From Phycisphaeraceae bacterium (lineage in GTDB: Bacteria; Planctomycetota; Phycisphaerae; Phycisphaerales; Phycisphaeraceae), in assembly GCA_963674705.1 (NCBI GenBank), contig OY771506.1, positions 4,011,453 to 4,075,452 of the forward strand: a stretch of DNA of 64,000 nucleotides, written 5' to 3'. The notes below the pieces were generated by a model, which did not search any database, was not told where the DNA came from, and saw nothing but the letters and a program-made list of their open reading frames with translations. How positions within the stretch are numbered: position 1 is the first letter of the stretch; the number at the start of each line of letters is the position of its first letter. A program made the translations under genes and the position numbers. Of this stretch, positions 44,663 to 56,457 are shown piece after piece.

Positions 44663-45259
44663 ATGGCTTCACGCACCGCAAAAATAACACGTAAGACCAA
44701 CGAAACCGACATCACCATCGAGCTGAACCTCGATCCTGAAAAAACCGGTGTCTATTCGAACAAGACGGGTGTGGGATTCTTCGATCACATGCTCGATCAT
44801 GTCGCCCGTCATGGGAAGTTCTGCCTGAACGTCTCAGCCAAGGGGGATTTACACATCGACGACCACCACACCGTCGAAGATGTCGGCATCGTGCTGGGGC
44901 AGGTGCTTGAACAGGCGCTGGGTGATAAGAAGGGCATCGAGCGGTACGGTTTTGCATCCGTCCCGATGGATGAGGCGCTTGCGCGTGTGAGTATCGACCT
45001 GTCCGGCCGGGCGGCGCTGGCATTTGATGTGAAGTTCAAGGATTCGTTCGGCAAGATCGGCACGTTCGACAACCAGCTCGTGCGTGAGTTTTTCAACGCG
45101 GTCGTTAATGCCGGCAGGTTCAACTGCCATATTGAGGTGCCGCGTGGTGAGAACGATCACCACATTGCTGAAGCGATCTTCAAGGCGTTCGGCCGTGCCC
45201 TGCGTGAAGCAGTGAACATCACCGGTGACGAAGTACCGAGCACCAAGGGATCGCTGTAA
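44663..45259 (+). CDS. hisB: imidazoleglycerol-phosphate dehydratase
   Basis: [42 protein letters not shown] and [17 protein letters not shown] are conserved IGPD motifs. Confidence 0.92.
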   Translation: MASRTAKITRKTNETDITIELNLDPEKTGVYSNKTGVGFFDHMLDHVARHGKFCLNVSAKGDLHIDDHHTVEDVGIVLGQVLEQALGDKKGIERYGFASVPMDEALARVSIDLSGRAALAFDVKFKDSFGKIGTFDNQLVREFFNAVVNAGRFNCHIEVPRGENDHHIAEAIFKAFGRALREAVNITGDEVPSTKGSL

Positions 45260-45391
45260 CCACAAGTTCTGACAATCGGGATTGCCACAACGCGCGCTTT
45301 AAAAGCGTGAGAATTATCTTGTGGACGGTCAGATATCCCGATACCATATGTGTATCCGGATCCCCACAACCCGATTGCATGGAGACTGCAA

Positions 45392-47488
45392 ATGTCTCAG
45401 TATCAGCGAATATGTCGGCCTGCTTTGGCTGTATTCACGCCTTGCGTTCTGCTTGTTCTCCTGATCGTTGTGCTGTTGATGGGGTGGCAGCAGACAGGAC
45501 ATGCTCAACTCATACGTGGTGTTTATGACGGTGATCGTGTTGACGATTCAGATGTAGATCGTCGCATTACCTGGCTGCACTGGTGGGAAGCCAACCGTGA
45601 TGACTATCTGATGGCTGCCTTGAGAAACCGTGATAAGATCGAGCGAAAAGAACCATTTGATACCGAACGATTGTCACGATCGGTCAACACGCTCATTGAA
45701 GTCACCCGCCTGGATGATAAGGATTCAAGCAAGCTCAAAGCGTTGCGCGTCGCGGCAACACTGTCGCTGGGTAAGATCGGCACGGATGAGGCAATTGATC
45801 GTCTGATCGAGTTGATGCAGGATAAACGGGGCAACGTTCGATCCATGGCGTGGTTGGCGTTGGGTGTCAGCGGCCATGCGCGGGCCCGTGAAGTCTTGTT
45901 GGAAGCAACCCCGATCAGTGAAGATGATCGGCTGGCACGTGATGTGGCGATGGGCTTATTAAAGCCGGGGGATAGTGCCGCCATCGAGCTTCTGAAACGC
46001 GAACTCGTTGAACTTCCCAATGAATCGCAGAAACGCATCGCACTGCAATCCCTGCGTCTTTTGCGGGCAGGAGAAATCGCTGACATCGGATACGAGGTGC
46101 TCAAGGGCACGGTCAATGAGAACCTGGCTTCCGAGGCGGTGCTTGCGATGGCGACCCGGCCGCAGCCCGATCAAGCCGACCTCATCCTCTCGTTATTAAA
46201 TGGGGGGCCACCGGCGTCACGCCTGCCGATCGGAGCACTCGACGATACAGACGATCACCTTCGTCCCGGTGGGTACACCACCCCCACACGCTTTGCCGCG
46301 GCGATGGTGCTCGGCAAGTATGAAGGCATGTTCCCGATCCACCGTCTTGAACGTGTGCTATCTAAACATGTATTCAGGACCACGCCCAGTGGTGAGGGCG
46401 ATTATTACCGAGGTGTTGCGCTGCTTTCACTGGTGCCGATGATCGAGCCCGATGACGAAACAGTACTTTTTGATGCACTGGATGGCCGCACGCGCGTATT
46501 CGACTATGAGTCCGCACATGTGCCTCTGAGCGATGGACCTGTTGACGAAAGGGAATTCAACAGGCGGTACGATCCACTGCGCGGGTATGCCGCGATCGGG
46601 ATGGGCTTGTATCTGAAACATATCCGCGACACGCAGCCGGCTGAGCCGGATTTGCAGCGTAATCCCGTACGTTACGAGCACGAAGCCGAACGTGCTCAAC
46701 GGCGTATGCTCGATCAGCTATCGCGGACATTGGAAAACCAACGCGTGCTCAACGATCTGCGCTGCGCTGCGGCGATTGGTCTTGCACTTAGCGATGAACC
46801 CGAAGCCGTGGACCTGCTCAAACAGGGACAGAACGAAACCGAGATTGAAAACGTGATGTTGATGGGCTACAGCACGCTGGCACTGGCGCTGCTTGGCGAC
46901 AAAGACGCAGCAATCCCAGCCAGACGCTACCTGCTTGAACTCTCAGCTTCACGAAACGCCGATGGATTCAGTAACAAATACGACCTTGAACAGACCATGG
47001 GCATGCGCGTGATGGCGCTTGCGTTGGGATTAATCGGTACGGAAGAGGATGCATCCACACTTATCAAGGCGTGGGGAGCAGACCCCTGGGTCAGTCTGGA
47101 AATCGCCAGAGCGTTGAATTGGCTTGAAGACGACAGCCTGTCGGAATCCCTGATCGAGTTGATCCGTAAAGACCCCGACGATGCCGATGCTGTTCTGGCC
47201 GCGATGAGCCTGGGCGAACTTTATGAATCAAATCGACCGTCCAAACTGTCGCGTCTTGTCGCAGGTTGCAATTACACCATCAACGACAGCGGTATCGCCC
47301 CGGCAAACGTGGCGGACCCGGAGCCACGGAATCGCTCACGCGACCTCAGACGCACCATCAGTCGATGGCAATCGCTCAACAGCCGAATATATCAATCACC
47401 GGCTAACGTGTTCCTCTATGAAGTCATGCTCCAGGAGTCTTACTATCCCTACACATCGCATGACGACGACAGAAGAATAGGGCGTTAA
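45392..47488 (+). CDS. hypothetical HEAT-repeat protein with an N-terminal TM or signal segment
   Basis: Repeated units look like HEAT/PBS-lyase repeats ([27 protein letters not shown] and similar). The track start at 45350 is a GTG. Confidence 0.65.
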   Translation: MSQYQRICRPALAVFTPCVLLVLLIVVLLMGWQQTGHAQLIRGVYDGDRVDDSDVDRRITWLHWWEANRDDYLMAALRNRDKIERKEPFDTERLSRSVNTLIEVTRLDDKDSSKLKALRVAATLSLGKIGTDEAIDRLIELMQDKRGNVRSMAWLALGVSGHARAREVLLEATPISEDDRLARDVAMGLLKPGDSAAIELLKRELVELPNESQKRIALQSLRLLRAGEIADIGYEVLKGTVNENLASEAVLAMATRPQPDQADLILSLLNGGPPASRLPIGALDDTDDHLRPGGYTTPTRFAAAMVLGKYEGMFPIHRLERVLSKHVFRTTPSGEGDYYRGVALLSLVPMIEPDDETVLFDALDGRTRVFDYESAHVPLSDGPVDEREFNRRYDPLRGYAAIGMGLYLKHIRDTQPAEPDLQRNPVRYEHEAERAQRRMLDQLSRTLENQRVLNDLRCAAAIGLALSDEPEAVDLLKQGQNETEIENVMLMGYSTLALALLGDKDAAIPARRYLLELSASRNADGFSNKYDLEQTMGMRVMALALGLIGTEEDASTLIKAWGADPWVSLEIARALNWLEDDSLSESLIELIRKDPDDADAVLAAMSLGELYESNRPSKLSRLVAGCNYTINDSGIAPANVADPEPRNRSRDLRRTISRWQSLNSRIYQSPANVFLYEVMLQESYYPYTSHDDDRRIGR

Positions 47489-49068
47489 ACACCTGCCTTG
47501 TATTTGTCTCTCACTCGCACCACACCTCGCTTGTTCGACGCAAGGTGTTCAAGGATGTGGTGGATCGACTCGACGCGGTCGGCTTCACCGACTGCTTGGG
47601 CAATCTCCTCGACGCTCAGCTCGCTGCCTGGCTTGCCTTTAAGCTCGCTGATTGCCTTTCGTTGCAGCTCAAGCACCGCGGCGGCGGCTTTCTTGCCCGC
47701 TTCAACACCCGGCTGGTGGTAAGCATTGATATTGATCAATGTCGCGTAGAAACCAACCGCCCGTTCGTACAGGGCGATGAACGCTCCGAGCGTCTTGGCG
47801 TCGATTTTCTCCGCGGTGATGGTGACCGAGCCGCGACCGGATTCGTAGAGCGCCTGGCGCGTACCTTGCCAGAAGCCGTTGAGGTAATCACCGGTCGTCA
47901 CGCCGGGCTCCACTTCGATCGGTGTCGTGCGTCCAGGGCGTGGCGTGTCCTGTAGGATGACGATGAAGTTAACGAAGAAGTTATGCAAACCATCGCGCAG
48001 TTGTTGGACGTAAGCGTGCTGGTCGGTTGAGCCCTTATTGCCGTAGACAGCGATGCCCTGGTTGACGGTGTTGCCCTCAAGGTCGAGTTCCTTACCGAGG
48101 CTTTCCATGACCAGTTGCTGCAGGTACCGGGACAGCAGCAGCAGTCGGTCCTTGTAGGGCAGGACGACCATATCTTTTTCGCCCTTGCCGTTGGTGGCGT
48201 AATACCACATCAGCGCGAGCAAAGCGGCGGGATTCTTCATCGTCTTGTTGACGCGGGTCAGCGCATCCATTTTGGCGGCGCCATCGAGAAAAGCGCGGAT
48301 ATCCAGCCCCTGCAATGCGGCAGGTAAAAGTCCCACAGCCGACATCACACTGGTCCGGCCGCCGACCCAGTCCCACATGGCAAACCGTTTGAGCCAGCCT
48401 TCGCTTTGAGCCGTTTTGTCGAGGTTTGAGCCTTCACCGGTTACTGCCACCGCTTGCTTGGCAAAATCCAGGCCCTTCTCGGCGAAGTAGGCCTGCGTCA
48501 TCATCAGCCCGTTACGAGGCTCTGGGGTTCCGCCTGACTTGGATATCACAACGACCAGCGTGGACTTCAAACGAGAACCCAGGTCTTTGAGCGTGCGCTC
48601 GATCCCGTCCGGATCGGTGTTGTCGAGGATATGAAACTTAAGCTTGTCCCGGTTAGTGCCAAGGCAGTCAGCTACAAGTTGTGGGCCCAGTGCCGAGCCA
48701 CCGATACCGATCAGCAGCAGGTCCGTGAAACGAGCGGCGTCCGGTGGCGTGACTTCTTTTTTGTGAACGGCAGCGACAAACGCGGTGATCTGGTTGACGC
48801 TGTCTCGGATAGCCCCGGCGATTGCTTCATCCGGCGCCAGTTCCGGCGCTCGCAGCCAGTAGTGGCCCACCTTACGCTTCTCGTCGGGGTTGGCGACTTC
48901 ACCGGCTTCGAGTTTTTCCATGGCCTCGTAGGCCCGGTCCATCGGCTCGGTCATCTGCTTAAAGAAGCCGTCGTCGAAGTTGATGCGTGAGATATCCAGA
49001 CTGATACCCAGCCCCGGGCACTTGCATAGGTACTTCTGGTAGCGTTGCCAGAGTGCTGATCCGTCCAT
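47485..49068 (-). CDS. pgi: glucose-6-phosphate isomerase
   Basis: 527 aa with PGI-family motifs: [20 protein letters not shown] and [12 protein letters not shown]. Confidence 0.9.
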   Translation of the reverse strand: MDGSALWQRYQKYLCKCPGLGISLDISRINFDDGFFKQMTEPMDRAYEAMEKLEAGEVANPDEKRKVGHYWLRAPELAPDEAIAGAIRDSVNQITAFVAAVHKKEVTPPDAARFTDLLLIGIGGSALGPQLVADCLGTNRDKLKFHILDNTDPDGIERTLKDLGSRLKSTLVVVISKSGGTPEPRNGLMMTQAYFAEKGLDFAKQAVAVTGEGSNLDKTAQSEGWLKRFAMWDWVGGRTSVMSAVGLLPAALQGLDIRAFLDGAAKMDALTRVNKTMKNPAALLALMWYYATNGKGEKDMVVLPYKDRLLLLSRYLQQLVMESLGKELDLEGNTVNQGIAVYGNKGSTDQHAYVQQLRDGLHNFFVNFIVILQDTPRPGRTTPIEVEPGVTTGDYLNGFWQGTRQALYESGRGSVTITAEKIDAKTLGAFIALYERAVGFYATLININAYHQPGVEAGKKAAAAVLELQRKAISELKGKPGSELSVEEIAQAVGEADRVESIHHILEHLASNKRGVVRVRDKYKAGV

Positions 49069-49112
49069 TGTCTTGAGTCTCTTGTTGGGGGTGAACTAAT
49101 GAGTGAGGTTGA

Positions 49113-49586
49113 TTAGAGCTTTAATGCATCTTCGTCCGGCTGAACCGTGAGTCGGTAGCGGATGTTAGCAGCCGGATCGTATAGTTCGGCTGAGATCACC
49201 GGCCGGGCCAGGTCAGGCTGAAGGAACGAGCCAACCGGGAAAGCCTCTTGATGCCGATTAATCAGGCTTTTGAGCGGTAAAGCTTCATTGGTGCCGATCG
49301 TGATCGGGTCAAGGTTGCGTACATACTGCTGGTTCAGCCAGAGCTGCATGCCCTCATAGGTCCGAGCGGTGCGGTTGGTCAGGCTGATCGCTGTGCCCTT
49401 TCGGACCACGACGATATCAAGGTCAGGCCCGTATTCTGCCTTTCCGGGGTATCGCAGGGCGGCGAGGGCCTCGGCGGTCGGGCCGTCAACAATCGGCGGA
49501 GGCTGCTCACAGCCGATCGGCAGCAGGCATACCACCAGGAGCAGGGCGAACAACCACGTACTTGATCTGATCATCTGAAGGTTCAT
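49113..49586 (-). CDS. hypothetical lipoprotein
   Basis: A signal peptide with lipobox LLPIGC is present. No family was recognised. Confidence 0.6.
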   Translation of the reverse strand: MNLQMIRSSTWLFALLLVVCLLPIGCEQPPPIVDGPTAEALAALRYPGKAEYGPDLDIVVVRKGTAISLTNRTARTYEGMQLWLNQQYVRNLDPITIGTNEALPLKSLINRHQEAFPVGSFLQPDLARPVISAELYDPAANIRYRLTVQPDEDALKL

Positions 49587-49634
49587 CCTCGGGGTCCTGA
49601 TCGTTGCGATCCGTCATCGGATCGTCCGCCTATA

Positions 49635-50705
49635 ATGACCGCCATGCCAAAACTCGGCAAACTTGAACTGGATGCGCCGTTCTATCAGGCGGGACTGGCG
49701 GGTTATTCCGACACCGCGATGCGGCTGGTCGCCCGTCGGCACGGCTGCCCGTATTGCGTGACCGAGGCCCTGTTGGACCACTTCCTGATCCAGGGAGGCA
49801 GGGGCCTGAAAATGGCGGAATTGCACGAGGACGATCACCCGATCGCCGGGCAATTAATGGGCTCACACCCTCAGGATATCGCCCAGGGGGCCGAGGTTTT
49901 ACTTGGGATGGGCTACGATGTAATCGACATCAACCTGGCCTGCCCGGTCAAGAAGATCAAGAAAAAGAGCCGTGGGGGGCACATGATGTCCGTGCCGGAT
50001 GAAGCGATCGCGATCCTGGACGCCGTGCGGCAGCAGGTGGGCGATCGAACACCTTGCACGGTGAAACTGCGCCGCGGCAGCGACGACTCGCCCGAGGCGC
50101 TTGCCAACTTCCACAAGATTTTCGAGGCGGTGATCGATCTTGGCTATGCCGGAGCCACCGTCCACGGTCGAAGCGTTGCCCAGAAGTACATCGGCCCGTC
50201 CAACTGGGACTTCCTGCGTGATCTGACCGCTCATTATGGCCCGGTAGAGGGCTTTACCATCGGCGGCTCAGGAGACGTCTGGCAGGCTGCTGACATCTTC
50301 AGGATGATCGAATACACGAATGTGGACTGGGTCAGCGTCGCACGCGGCTGCATCGGTAATCCGTGGCTCTTCCGGCAAGCGAGGGCGATGATGGCAGGAG
50401 ATGCGGAGGAAGCCAAACGACCACCGACGATCTTCGAGCAGCGTGATGTGCTGCTGGAGCACTTTGAGTTGTCTGTGGCAACCCATGGCGAGCAACTTGC
50501 CTCAAAACTGATGCGCAAGTTCGGTATCCGATTCAGCAGGCACCACCCTCAAGGCGATGAGATCAAGCAGGCATTTATCAAGGTAATGGGTTTACCCGGA
50601 TGGCGGGCGGTCCTGGAAAAGTATTACCATACAGATGGCCCGGGCGTCGACGGGGAACAGGCTCTGCCTGAAGAAGCGACGGAGGCAGAGGGATGCGGCG
50701 TTTAA
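49635..50705 (+). CDS. dus: tRNA-dihydrouridine synthase
   Basis: QAGLAGYSDTAMRLVARRHG, DINLACPVKKI and HGRS..QKY match the Dus-family FMN TIM barrel. The tail is GSGDV....VARGCIGNPWLF. Confidence 0.85.
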   Translation: MTAMPKLGKLELDAPFYQAGLAGYSDTAMRLVARRHGCPYCVTEALLDHFLIQGGRGLKMAELHEDDHPIAGQLMGSHPQDIAQGAEVLLGMGYDVIDINLACPVKKIKKKSRGGHMMSVPDEAIAILDAVRQQVGDRTPCTVKLRRGSDDSPEALANFHKIFEAVIDLGYAGATVHGRSVAQKYIGPSNWDFLRDLTAHYGPVEGFTIGGSGDVWQAADIFRMIEYTNVDWVSVARGCIGNPWLFRQARAMMAGDAEEAKRPPTIFEQRDVLLEHFELSVATHGEQLASKLMRKFGIRFSRHHPQGDEIKQAFIKVMGLPGWRAVLEKYYHTDGPGVDGEQALPEEATEAEGCGV

Positions 50706-50749
50706 CAGGATTTAATTCGCTGATTGATGTCCGAAAGAAAGGATTCTGT

Positions 50750-51514
50750 ATGAAGTGGACGGCATGGATGGTCGGGTTGCTCTGTCTTGTTTTATTGGGC
50801 TGCCAACCGTCGCAACGCGTTGCTGACAAAGACGGCTCCCTGGCCAAAGCCAAATACCGGGCACGTATTGTCGGTCGTTCAGTTGAGAATCGCCCGATCC
50901 TGACACGGGTCTACGGTGAGGGGGACGATGTGATCCTCATCATGGCGGGGATCCACGGCACCGAGGCGAAAGGCATCCCAATTCTCGATCGTTTGGGTGA
51001 GGAATTGATGCAACGACCTGAGTTGCTTGAGGGCCGAACGGTCGTACTCATGCCGGAAGTCAATCCTGACGGCGTGAAGGCCGGTAAACGTCACAACGCT
51101 AACGATGTCGACCTCAACCGCAACTTCCCGGCTGACAACTTCAGCGGGAAGGATAAGCACGGAAGCGAACCGCTGTCGCAACCCGAATCGAAGATCATCC
51201 TCAAGCAGATCGAGCTGTACAAACCCAACCGGATCGTGACTTTCCACGAGCCTTTGAACTGCCTGGATTATGATGGCGAAGATGCCAAACTGATCGCGGA
51301 AGCGATGGGCCAATACACGGACCTTCCGGTGAAGCGACTCGGCGGTCGGCCCGGTTCGCTGGGATCGTACTTTGGCATCGATAAGGGCATTCCGTGCATC
51401 ACGGTTGAATTGCCAAAGAATGCCAAGATGATGAGTGATGAAGAATTGTGGGAGCGCTACGGCCAGGCCACAATCGTGTCGATCACGTATCCAGAGGTGC
51501 TGGAAGCAAAGTAG
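50750..51514 (+). CDS. M14-family zinc carboxypeptidase / murein peptide amidase A-like lipoprotein
   Basis: The lipobox is LLGCQ. IHGTE is the HxxE zinc site. NPDG, DLNRNFP and a TFHE third ligand region are also present. Confidence 0.8.
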   Translation: MKWTAWMVGLLCLVLLGCQPSQRVADKDGSLAKAKYRARIVGRSVENRPILTRVYGEGDDVILIMAGIHGTEAKGIPILDRLGEELMQRPELLEGRTVVLMPEVNPDGVKAGKRHNANDVDLNRNFPADNFSGKDKHGSEPLSQPESKIILKQIELYKPNRIVTFHEPLNCLDYDGEDAKLIAEAMGQYTDLPVKRLGGRPGSLGSYFGIDKGIPCITVELPKNAKMMSDEELWERYGQATIVSITYPEVLEAK

Positions 51515-51526
51515 GCGACCTGCTTG

Positions 51527-51985
51527 TCAGAACTCGTCAGTGAAAACATCCTGCTGGTTTTGCTCTTGATGCCCGGCCCCGGTGCCGTGCCCACCGCCAT
51601 CACGTCCGGATGCAACATGGACCTTGCTGATGTTCGCTGTGTAGAGAAAACCGCCTACCAGTATCACCAGCACGATGACCGATGTGATACCGGTCCATAA
51701 TTTGCGCCGCAGGGTTGGCTTCGTATTGGTTGCACGCAACAGCTTCGCGATCACGCTGCAGACCCACCCCCAATTCAGGGTGACATGTAATAATGCTGCG
51801 GCGATGATGCCCATGGCAATCCAGAAGTGAATATCACCCCATTCATGCCGCGAAAGGCTCCAGACCGAATCCTGGTGGCTACCGGCAGGAAGTACAAATG
51901 CCAGCAGCAGGCCGGTAAGGATCAGACCTACTGCCCCCAACAGCAGGATCATGTCAACCAGAAGATGCAGATAACTGCGTTTCAT
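51527..51985 (-). CDS. DUF4405-like (cytochrome b-type fold) membrane protein
   Basis: Four TM helices, with conserved His in helices 1 and 2 (HLLVD.., HFWIAMG..LHVTLNW). Confidence 0.65.
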   Translation of the reverse strand: MKRSYLHLLVDMILLLGAVGLILTGLLLAFVLPAGSHQDSVWSLSRHEWGDIHFWIAMGIIAAALLHVTLNWGWVCSVIAKLLRATNTKPTLRRKLWTGITSVIVLVILVGGFLYTANISKVHVASGRDGGGHGTGAGHQEQNQQDVFTDEF

Positions 51986-52169
51986 ATAACAACTCCTTAA
52001 AAAACTGAGGAGCCGCCCAACTCACCCGTTTTTACGTTACAACGTGCCATTGCATGACATATTGCCCGACTGAACTACTGTGCTGTTTATCGCGTAAAAT
52101 ACTCTTAATAGCATAAGTTTTCTCCGTATCGCATAATTTGCAGAACCCTGAATCCCGGATACCCAACCC

Positions 52170-53117
52170 TTGCGACTAGCACTGATCGGCGACATCCACC
52201 TGTTCCAGACCGACGTTCACCCGGCGAGGCTGTTCGGCAAACGCATACTCGGCCACACGAACCTGATGCTCAACCGGCGTTTCCGGTTTAACCACCGGGT
52301 GCTCGCATCCATGATCGAACGTGTGGAGACACTGGCCCCGGAAGCGCTACTGCTGACCGGCGATGTGACGACGACCTCGCTCGAAGATGAGTTCCACGAT
52401 GTGGCCACCTATCTGGAACCTCTGTCAGAGAAAATCCCGACCGTGATCGTCCCGGGCAATCACGATAAGTACACGTTCCGGTCCGTACGGAAACAGCGCA
52501 TGATGGAACACATGCGAGGCATCCTGCCGGATCACTTCCCACATATACGACGGCTTAAGAAGCACTGGCAACTGCTTTGTCTGGATTCAGCTGAGCCGCA
52601 GTTGTTCTGGTCACGTGGGGCGCTGGGTTACGAACAGATGAACGAGGTCACACAGTTCATCAATTCACTCACGGTAGATGATGCGTTGATTGTGCTCTGT
52701 CATTACCCCGCCAAGATACCAAGCGGGATTCCTTACTCCTGGGGTCACGCGCTTGCAGAGGATAAGCAACTGCATCAGATGTTCACAGAAAGCCCGGCCC
52801 GGATCGTCTTTGCACACGGACACATCCACAAACCCTGGCAATGGGACCCGGCCAACGGCGGCAAAACCGGCAACGGTGACAACTCCGGACTGATGTACCT
52901 GAACACCGGCTCTCCCTGTCTGACCAGCAACCAGTATCCGTATGGCCAAGGGTTCTGGGAGATGGTTTTGCCGGACGATCCGTGGGGGCCACTAGAACTG
53001 ATCCACCACATCCCTGAAGCAAGCGACGGCAGCAAGCCCACCGCACAGCAGCGTCGCGCCGCCAGTCAACAAACCGGAAAACTCGATCTGCGATGGGTAA
53101 TTCAGCGGGTCTTATGA
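52170..53117 (+). CDS. metallophosphoesterase
   Basis: GDIHL, TGDVT, GNHD and GHIH metal-binding motifs appear in the canonical order. The start is a TTG. Confidence 0.8.
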   Translation: MRLALIGDIHLFQTDVHPARLFGKRILGHTNLMLNRRFRFNHRVLASMIERVETLAPEALLLTGDVTTTSLEDEFHDVATYLEPLSEKIPTVIVPGNHDKYTFRSVRKQRMMEHMRGILPDHFPHIRRLKKHWQLLCLDSAEPQLFWSRGALGYEQMNEVTQFINSLTVDDALIVLCHYPAKIPSGIPYSWGHALAEDKQLHQMFTESPARIVFAHGHIHKPWQWDPANGGKTGNGDNSGLMYLNTGSPCLTSNQYPYGQGFWEMVLPDDPWGPLELIHHIPEASDGSKPTAQQRRAASQQTGKLDLRWVIQRVL

Positions 53118-53263
53118 AACCTGTTGGGATTGTGGCGGCACTTTGTTATGCGCATTGTTCTATTGCGTGTAAGAACCTGAATAGACCCACCATAAACGGC
53201 CGATCTTTCTAAAGGCCGGTGCGTACAATCCGCACCGCCTGCTGAACTTTATCGGAGCCAGCT

Positions 53264-55147
53264 ATGTGTGGAATCGTTGCATACGTCGGGAATAAGCCGT
53301 CCGTTCCCTTACTGATCGAGGGGCTCAAACGGCTGGAGTATCGTGGATACGATTCGGCAGGCCTGGCGGTCGTTACAGACGAAGGTATCCAAGTGCGTAA
53401 GAGCCTGGGCCGTGTCAGTGTGCTTGAAGATCAGGTTGAGCAAGAGGGCATGGCCCTGGATGCCGCGGTCGGTATCGCGCACACACGCTGGGCGACACAT
53501 GGCGAACCAAGCGTACCCAACGCACATCCGCACACCGGCAAGACCAGACAAGGCCACACCATCGCCATCGTTCACAACGGCATCATCGAGAACTATGCAT
53601 CGCTGCGCAAATACCTTGAAGGCAAAGGTCATGTTTTCGAGAGCCAGACAGATACCGAGGTACTCGCCAAGCTGATCGCGGAACTGTACGAGACCGACCT
53701 CGAATCAGCGGTCCAAAAAGCGCTACGCGAAGTCACCGGCGCGTATGCAATTGCAGCGTTGTGTGATATCGAACCACATACGTTGATCTGTGCGCGTAAG
53801 GGTTCACCTTTGATCGTCGGCATAGCTGACCGCAGTTATATCGTTGCTTCTGATGCATCAGCGATTGTCAGTCACACGACACAGGTCATTACGCTGGATG
53901 ATTACCAGGTCGTGCGTCTCTGTGCGGGTAAACGCGACAAGTACACGCCGCAGCAGGGGCCTTGGGCGGTCGAGTTCCGCACGACCACGCTGGACAACCA
54001 GCCGGTCACGCGGGAAGTTTCTGAACTGGAGATGGACCTTCAGCAGATCGAACTGGGGGGATACCCGCACTTCATGCTCAAGGAAATCATGGAGCAGCCC
54101 GAGAGCCTGCGAAACTGTCTGCGCGGCCGGATCGATCGGCGTGAAGGCCGAGTGGTGCTAGGCGGATTGAGCAATATCACACGGGAACTGGTCCGAGCGA
54201 AACGCTTCCTGTTTACAGGTCAAGGCACGGCCTACCACGCCGGGCTCATCGGCGAATACTTGATGGAAGACCTGGCTAAGGTCCCGGCACGCTGTGAATA
54301 CGCCAGCGAGTTTCGCTACCGTAATCCGATCATCGAGGATGGCACGGTCATGGTGGCAGTCAGCCAATCCGGCGAAACAGCCGACACACTAGCGGCACTC
54401 AACGAAGCCAAGGATCGCGGGGCGATCGCGATCGGTGCGGTCAACTCGGTGGGCTCGAGCATCGCACGCACGACCGATGCGGGGGTGTACCTGCACGTCG
54501 GGCCTGAAATCGGCGTGGCATCGACCAAGGCGTTTGTCGGCCAGGTCGCGGTGCTGACGCTGCTGTCCCTGTTCGTTGGCAAACGCAGGTTTTTGTCTAA
54601 CGAGGCGGTCAGCGAATATCTCAGGCAGTTGGAGCAGGTGCCGGACCATATCCAGCACGTGCTCAAGCAGTCGGACCACATCCGAGAATGTGTCAAGAAG
54701 GTTGTGGATCGAGATAACTGGCTGTTCCTTGGGCGTGGATACAACTACCCCGTCGCGGTGGAAGGGGCGCTGAAACTCAAGGAAATCTCGTATATCCATG
54801 CCGAGGGCATGCCGGCCGCTGAGATGAAGCATGGCCCGATCGCCCTGATCGATGAGGGTATGCCGGTCGTCTTCCTGGCAACCAAAGGCACCCAGTATGA
54901 GAAGGTCATCTCGAATATCGAGGAGGTCCGCTCCCGGGGCGGCCGGATTATCGCGGTGGCGACCGAGGGGGACCAGGAGATCGAACGTTACGCCGACGCC
55001 GTATTCACCATCCCGCCGATGCCGGACGCCTTACAGCCGCTGGTCAGCGTTGTGCCGCTGCAATTGCTGGCCTACCACGCCGCCGTCCTGCGCGGCCACG
55101 ATGTCGATAAGCCCCGTAACCTCGCCAAGAGCGTCACCGTCGAATAA
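53264..55147 (+). CDS. glmS: glutamine--fructose-6-phosphate aminotransferase (isomerizing)
   Basis: MCGIVAYVG supplies the Ntn Cys. RLEYRGYDSAG, two SIS domains and the C-terminal KPRNLAKSVTVE are present. Confidence 0.95.
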   Translation: MCGIVAYVGNKPSVPLLIEGLKRLEYRGYDSAGLAVVTDEGIQVRKSLGRVSVLEDQVEQEGMALDAAVGIAHTRWATHGEPSVPNAHPHTGKTRQGHTIAIVHNGIIENYASLRKYLEGKGHVFESQTDTEVLAKLIAELYETDLESAVQKALREVTGAYAIAALCDIEPHTLICARKGSPLIVGIADRSYIVASDASAIVSHTTQVITLDDYQVVRLCAGKRDKYTPQQGPWAVEFRTTTLDNQPVTREVSELEMDLQQIELGGYPHFMLKEIMEQPESLRNCLRGRIDRREGRVVLGGLSNITRELVRAKRFLFTGQGTAYHAGLIGEYLMEDLAKVPARCEYASEFRYRNPIIEDGTVMVAVSQSGETADTLAALNEAKDRGAIAIGAVNSVGSSIARTTDAGVYLHVGPEIGVASTKAFVGQVAVLTLLSLFVGKRRFLSNEAVSEYLRQLEQVPDHIQHVLKQSDHIRECVKKVVDRDNWLFLGRGYNYPVAVEGALKLKEISYIHAEGMPAAEMKHGPIALIDEGMPVVFLATKGTQYEKVISNIEEVRSRGGRIIAVATEGDQEIERYADAVFTIPPMPDALQPLVSVVPLQLLAYHAAVLRGHDVDKPRNLAKSVTVE

Positions 55148-55247
55148 GCGTTTGTCAGATATCAACATCTAAAAAATGACCTGCCGTGCCTCCTAGGCCC
55201 GGTCTTGTTACAATCCCTGTATTCGACCCAGGCACGGAGAGCTTGAG

Positions 55248-55733
55248 ATGACACGATCGATTCAAATGACCGTTATGCTGGCACTGGTTTGTCTATTCAC
55301 CCTTGGCTGCCAGACCTATGTCAATATCCCCAAACAAACCGGTGACGCCGCCAGCCACGACCCGAACGGCAAGACCGTCCGTGAAGTACTCATCCTGGCG
55401 GTGCATACCGCGTTAATTGACGGCGATGTCAAGGGTCCGGTCCAGCTCATGCTCCCGGAAAACACCAGCTCCCTGACATACGCCTACATCGCCAATGCCT
55501 TGGGAGACGAGGTCGTGGTGGCGAATGAGAAGTCGGACCAGACCGCCGTAGCGGAAGGTGTGGTGCTTGCCAAGGGCATCCGTATCCGTGGCCACAAGGC
55601 CGAGGTCGACATCGTCCGACCCACCGGCGGCGGCACCGATCAGCTTGTCACCGTCTACCTGAACTGGAAAACCATTGGCGGCTGGAACGCTGACATGGTC
55701 CGCGTCTGGCACGGCGTGTCGATCGAGGATTAA
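55248..55733 (+). CDS. hypothetical lipoprotein
   Basis: A signal peptide with lipobox FTLGC is present. No family was recognised. Confidence 0.6.
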   Translation: MTRSIQMTVMLALVCLFTLGCQTYVNIPKQTGDAASHDPNGKTVREVLILAVHTALIDGDVKGPVQLMLPENTSSLTYAYIANALGDEVVVANEKSDQTAVAEGVVLAKGIRIRGHKAEVDIVRPTGGGTDQLVTVYLNWKTIGGWNADMVRVWHGVSIED

Positions 55734-55797
55734 ATCAGACCTGTCTGCGAAAAAACCTCCAGGGAATGAATCTAACTCACGCAAGGAGGCTGTGAAG

Positions 55798-56436
55798 ATG
55801 ACATTCAAGACAACGTTGCTACTGGTTGCCATCCTGCTGTCTGGATCATGGGGCGTGTCCGTGAACGCACAGGATGCGCAGACACCTGCAGCCTCGGCCG
55901 AGCCGCCTCACGCGCAAGCTGATAGTACAACACCGGCCCCAAGCGCTGAGCCTGAAGCAACTACCGACGAGCAGGCTGCTCAAAAGAAGATGGATGAGTT
56001 ATTCAACTCAACAGAGCCGGCGCCGGTCATCGAACCTTCGGAATCACCGGTTAAAAGGAATAATCCTCAATTCACCGCCCCGGCTTCGACCTCGGTCGAT
56101 ATCGATCCGGAGGTCCTGGGTATAGCACCCGGAGATGATCCGCCACCGCTACGTCGGGAAGGCGAATTTATCTTCAACCGTCGCGGCCGAATGATCCGCT
56201 CACCGGAGAGCGGCCATCGTCTGTTCGTATTAGAGTCTGATGCCAGTCATTCCCCGGAACTGCCGCTGGTCCTTCAGGCATGCCAGATCCTCGAAACGAT
56301 GGAAAGCATCGTCGAACGGCGGGGCGACACTACCGTCTTCATCCTTTCCGGACAGGTCCATACCTACCGCGGCGCAAATTACCTGCTGCCGACGATGATG
56401 AATACCGCTGCCAATACAGGCAACCTCACAAACTAA
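55798..56436 (+). CDS. hypothetical secreted protein (Pro/Ala/Glu-rich N-terminal region)
   Basis: The ATG at 55798 gives MTFKTTLLLVAILLSGSWGVSVNA, a signal peptide. The longer track ORF overlaps the previous gene. Confidence 0.55.
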   Translation: MTFKTTLLLVAILLSGSWGVSVNAQDAQTPAASAEPPHAQADSTTPAPSAEPEATTDEQAAQKKMDELFNSTEPAPVIEPSESPVKRNNPQFTAPASTSVDIDPEVLGIAPGDDPPPLRREGEFIFNRRGRMIRSPESGHRLFVLESDASHSPELPLVLQACQILETMESIVERRGDTTVFILSGQVHTYRGANYLLPTMMNTAANTGNLTN

Positions 56437-56457
56437 CCCCGTCGCGACATCAAAAAC

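Noticed and set aside
53118-53263. Possible glmS ribozyme or riboswitch upstream of glmS
   Set aside because: I could not find the conserved glmS ribozyme core. Only two small generic hairpins are present: cggcc..ggccg at about 53198-53218 and cggtgcg-tacaatc-cgcaccg at about 53217-53237. The ribozyme is also mainly a Gram-positive feature.
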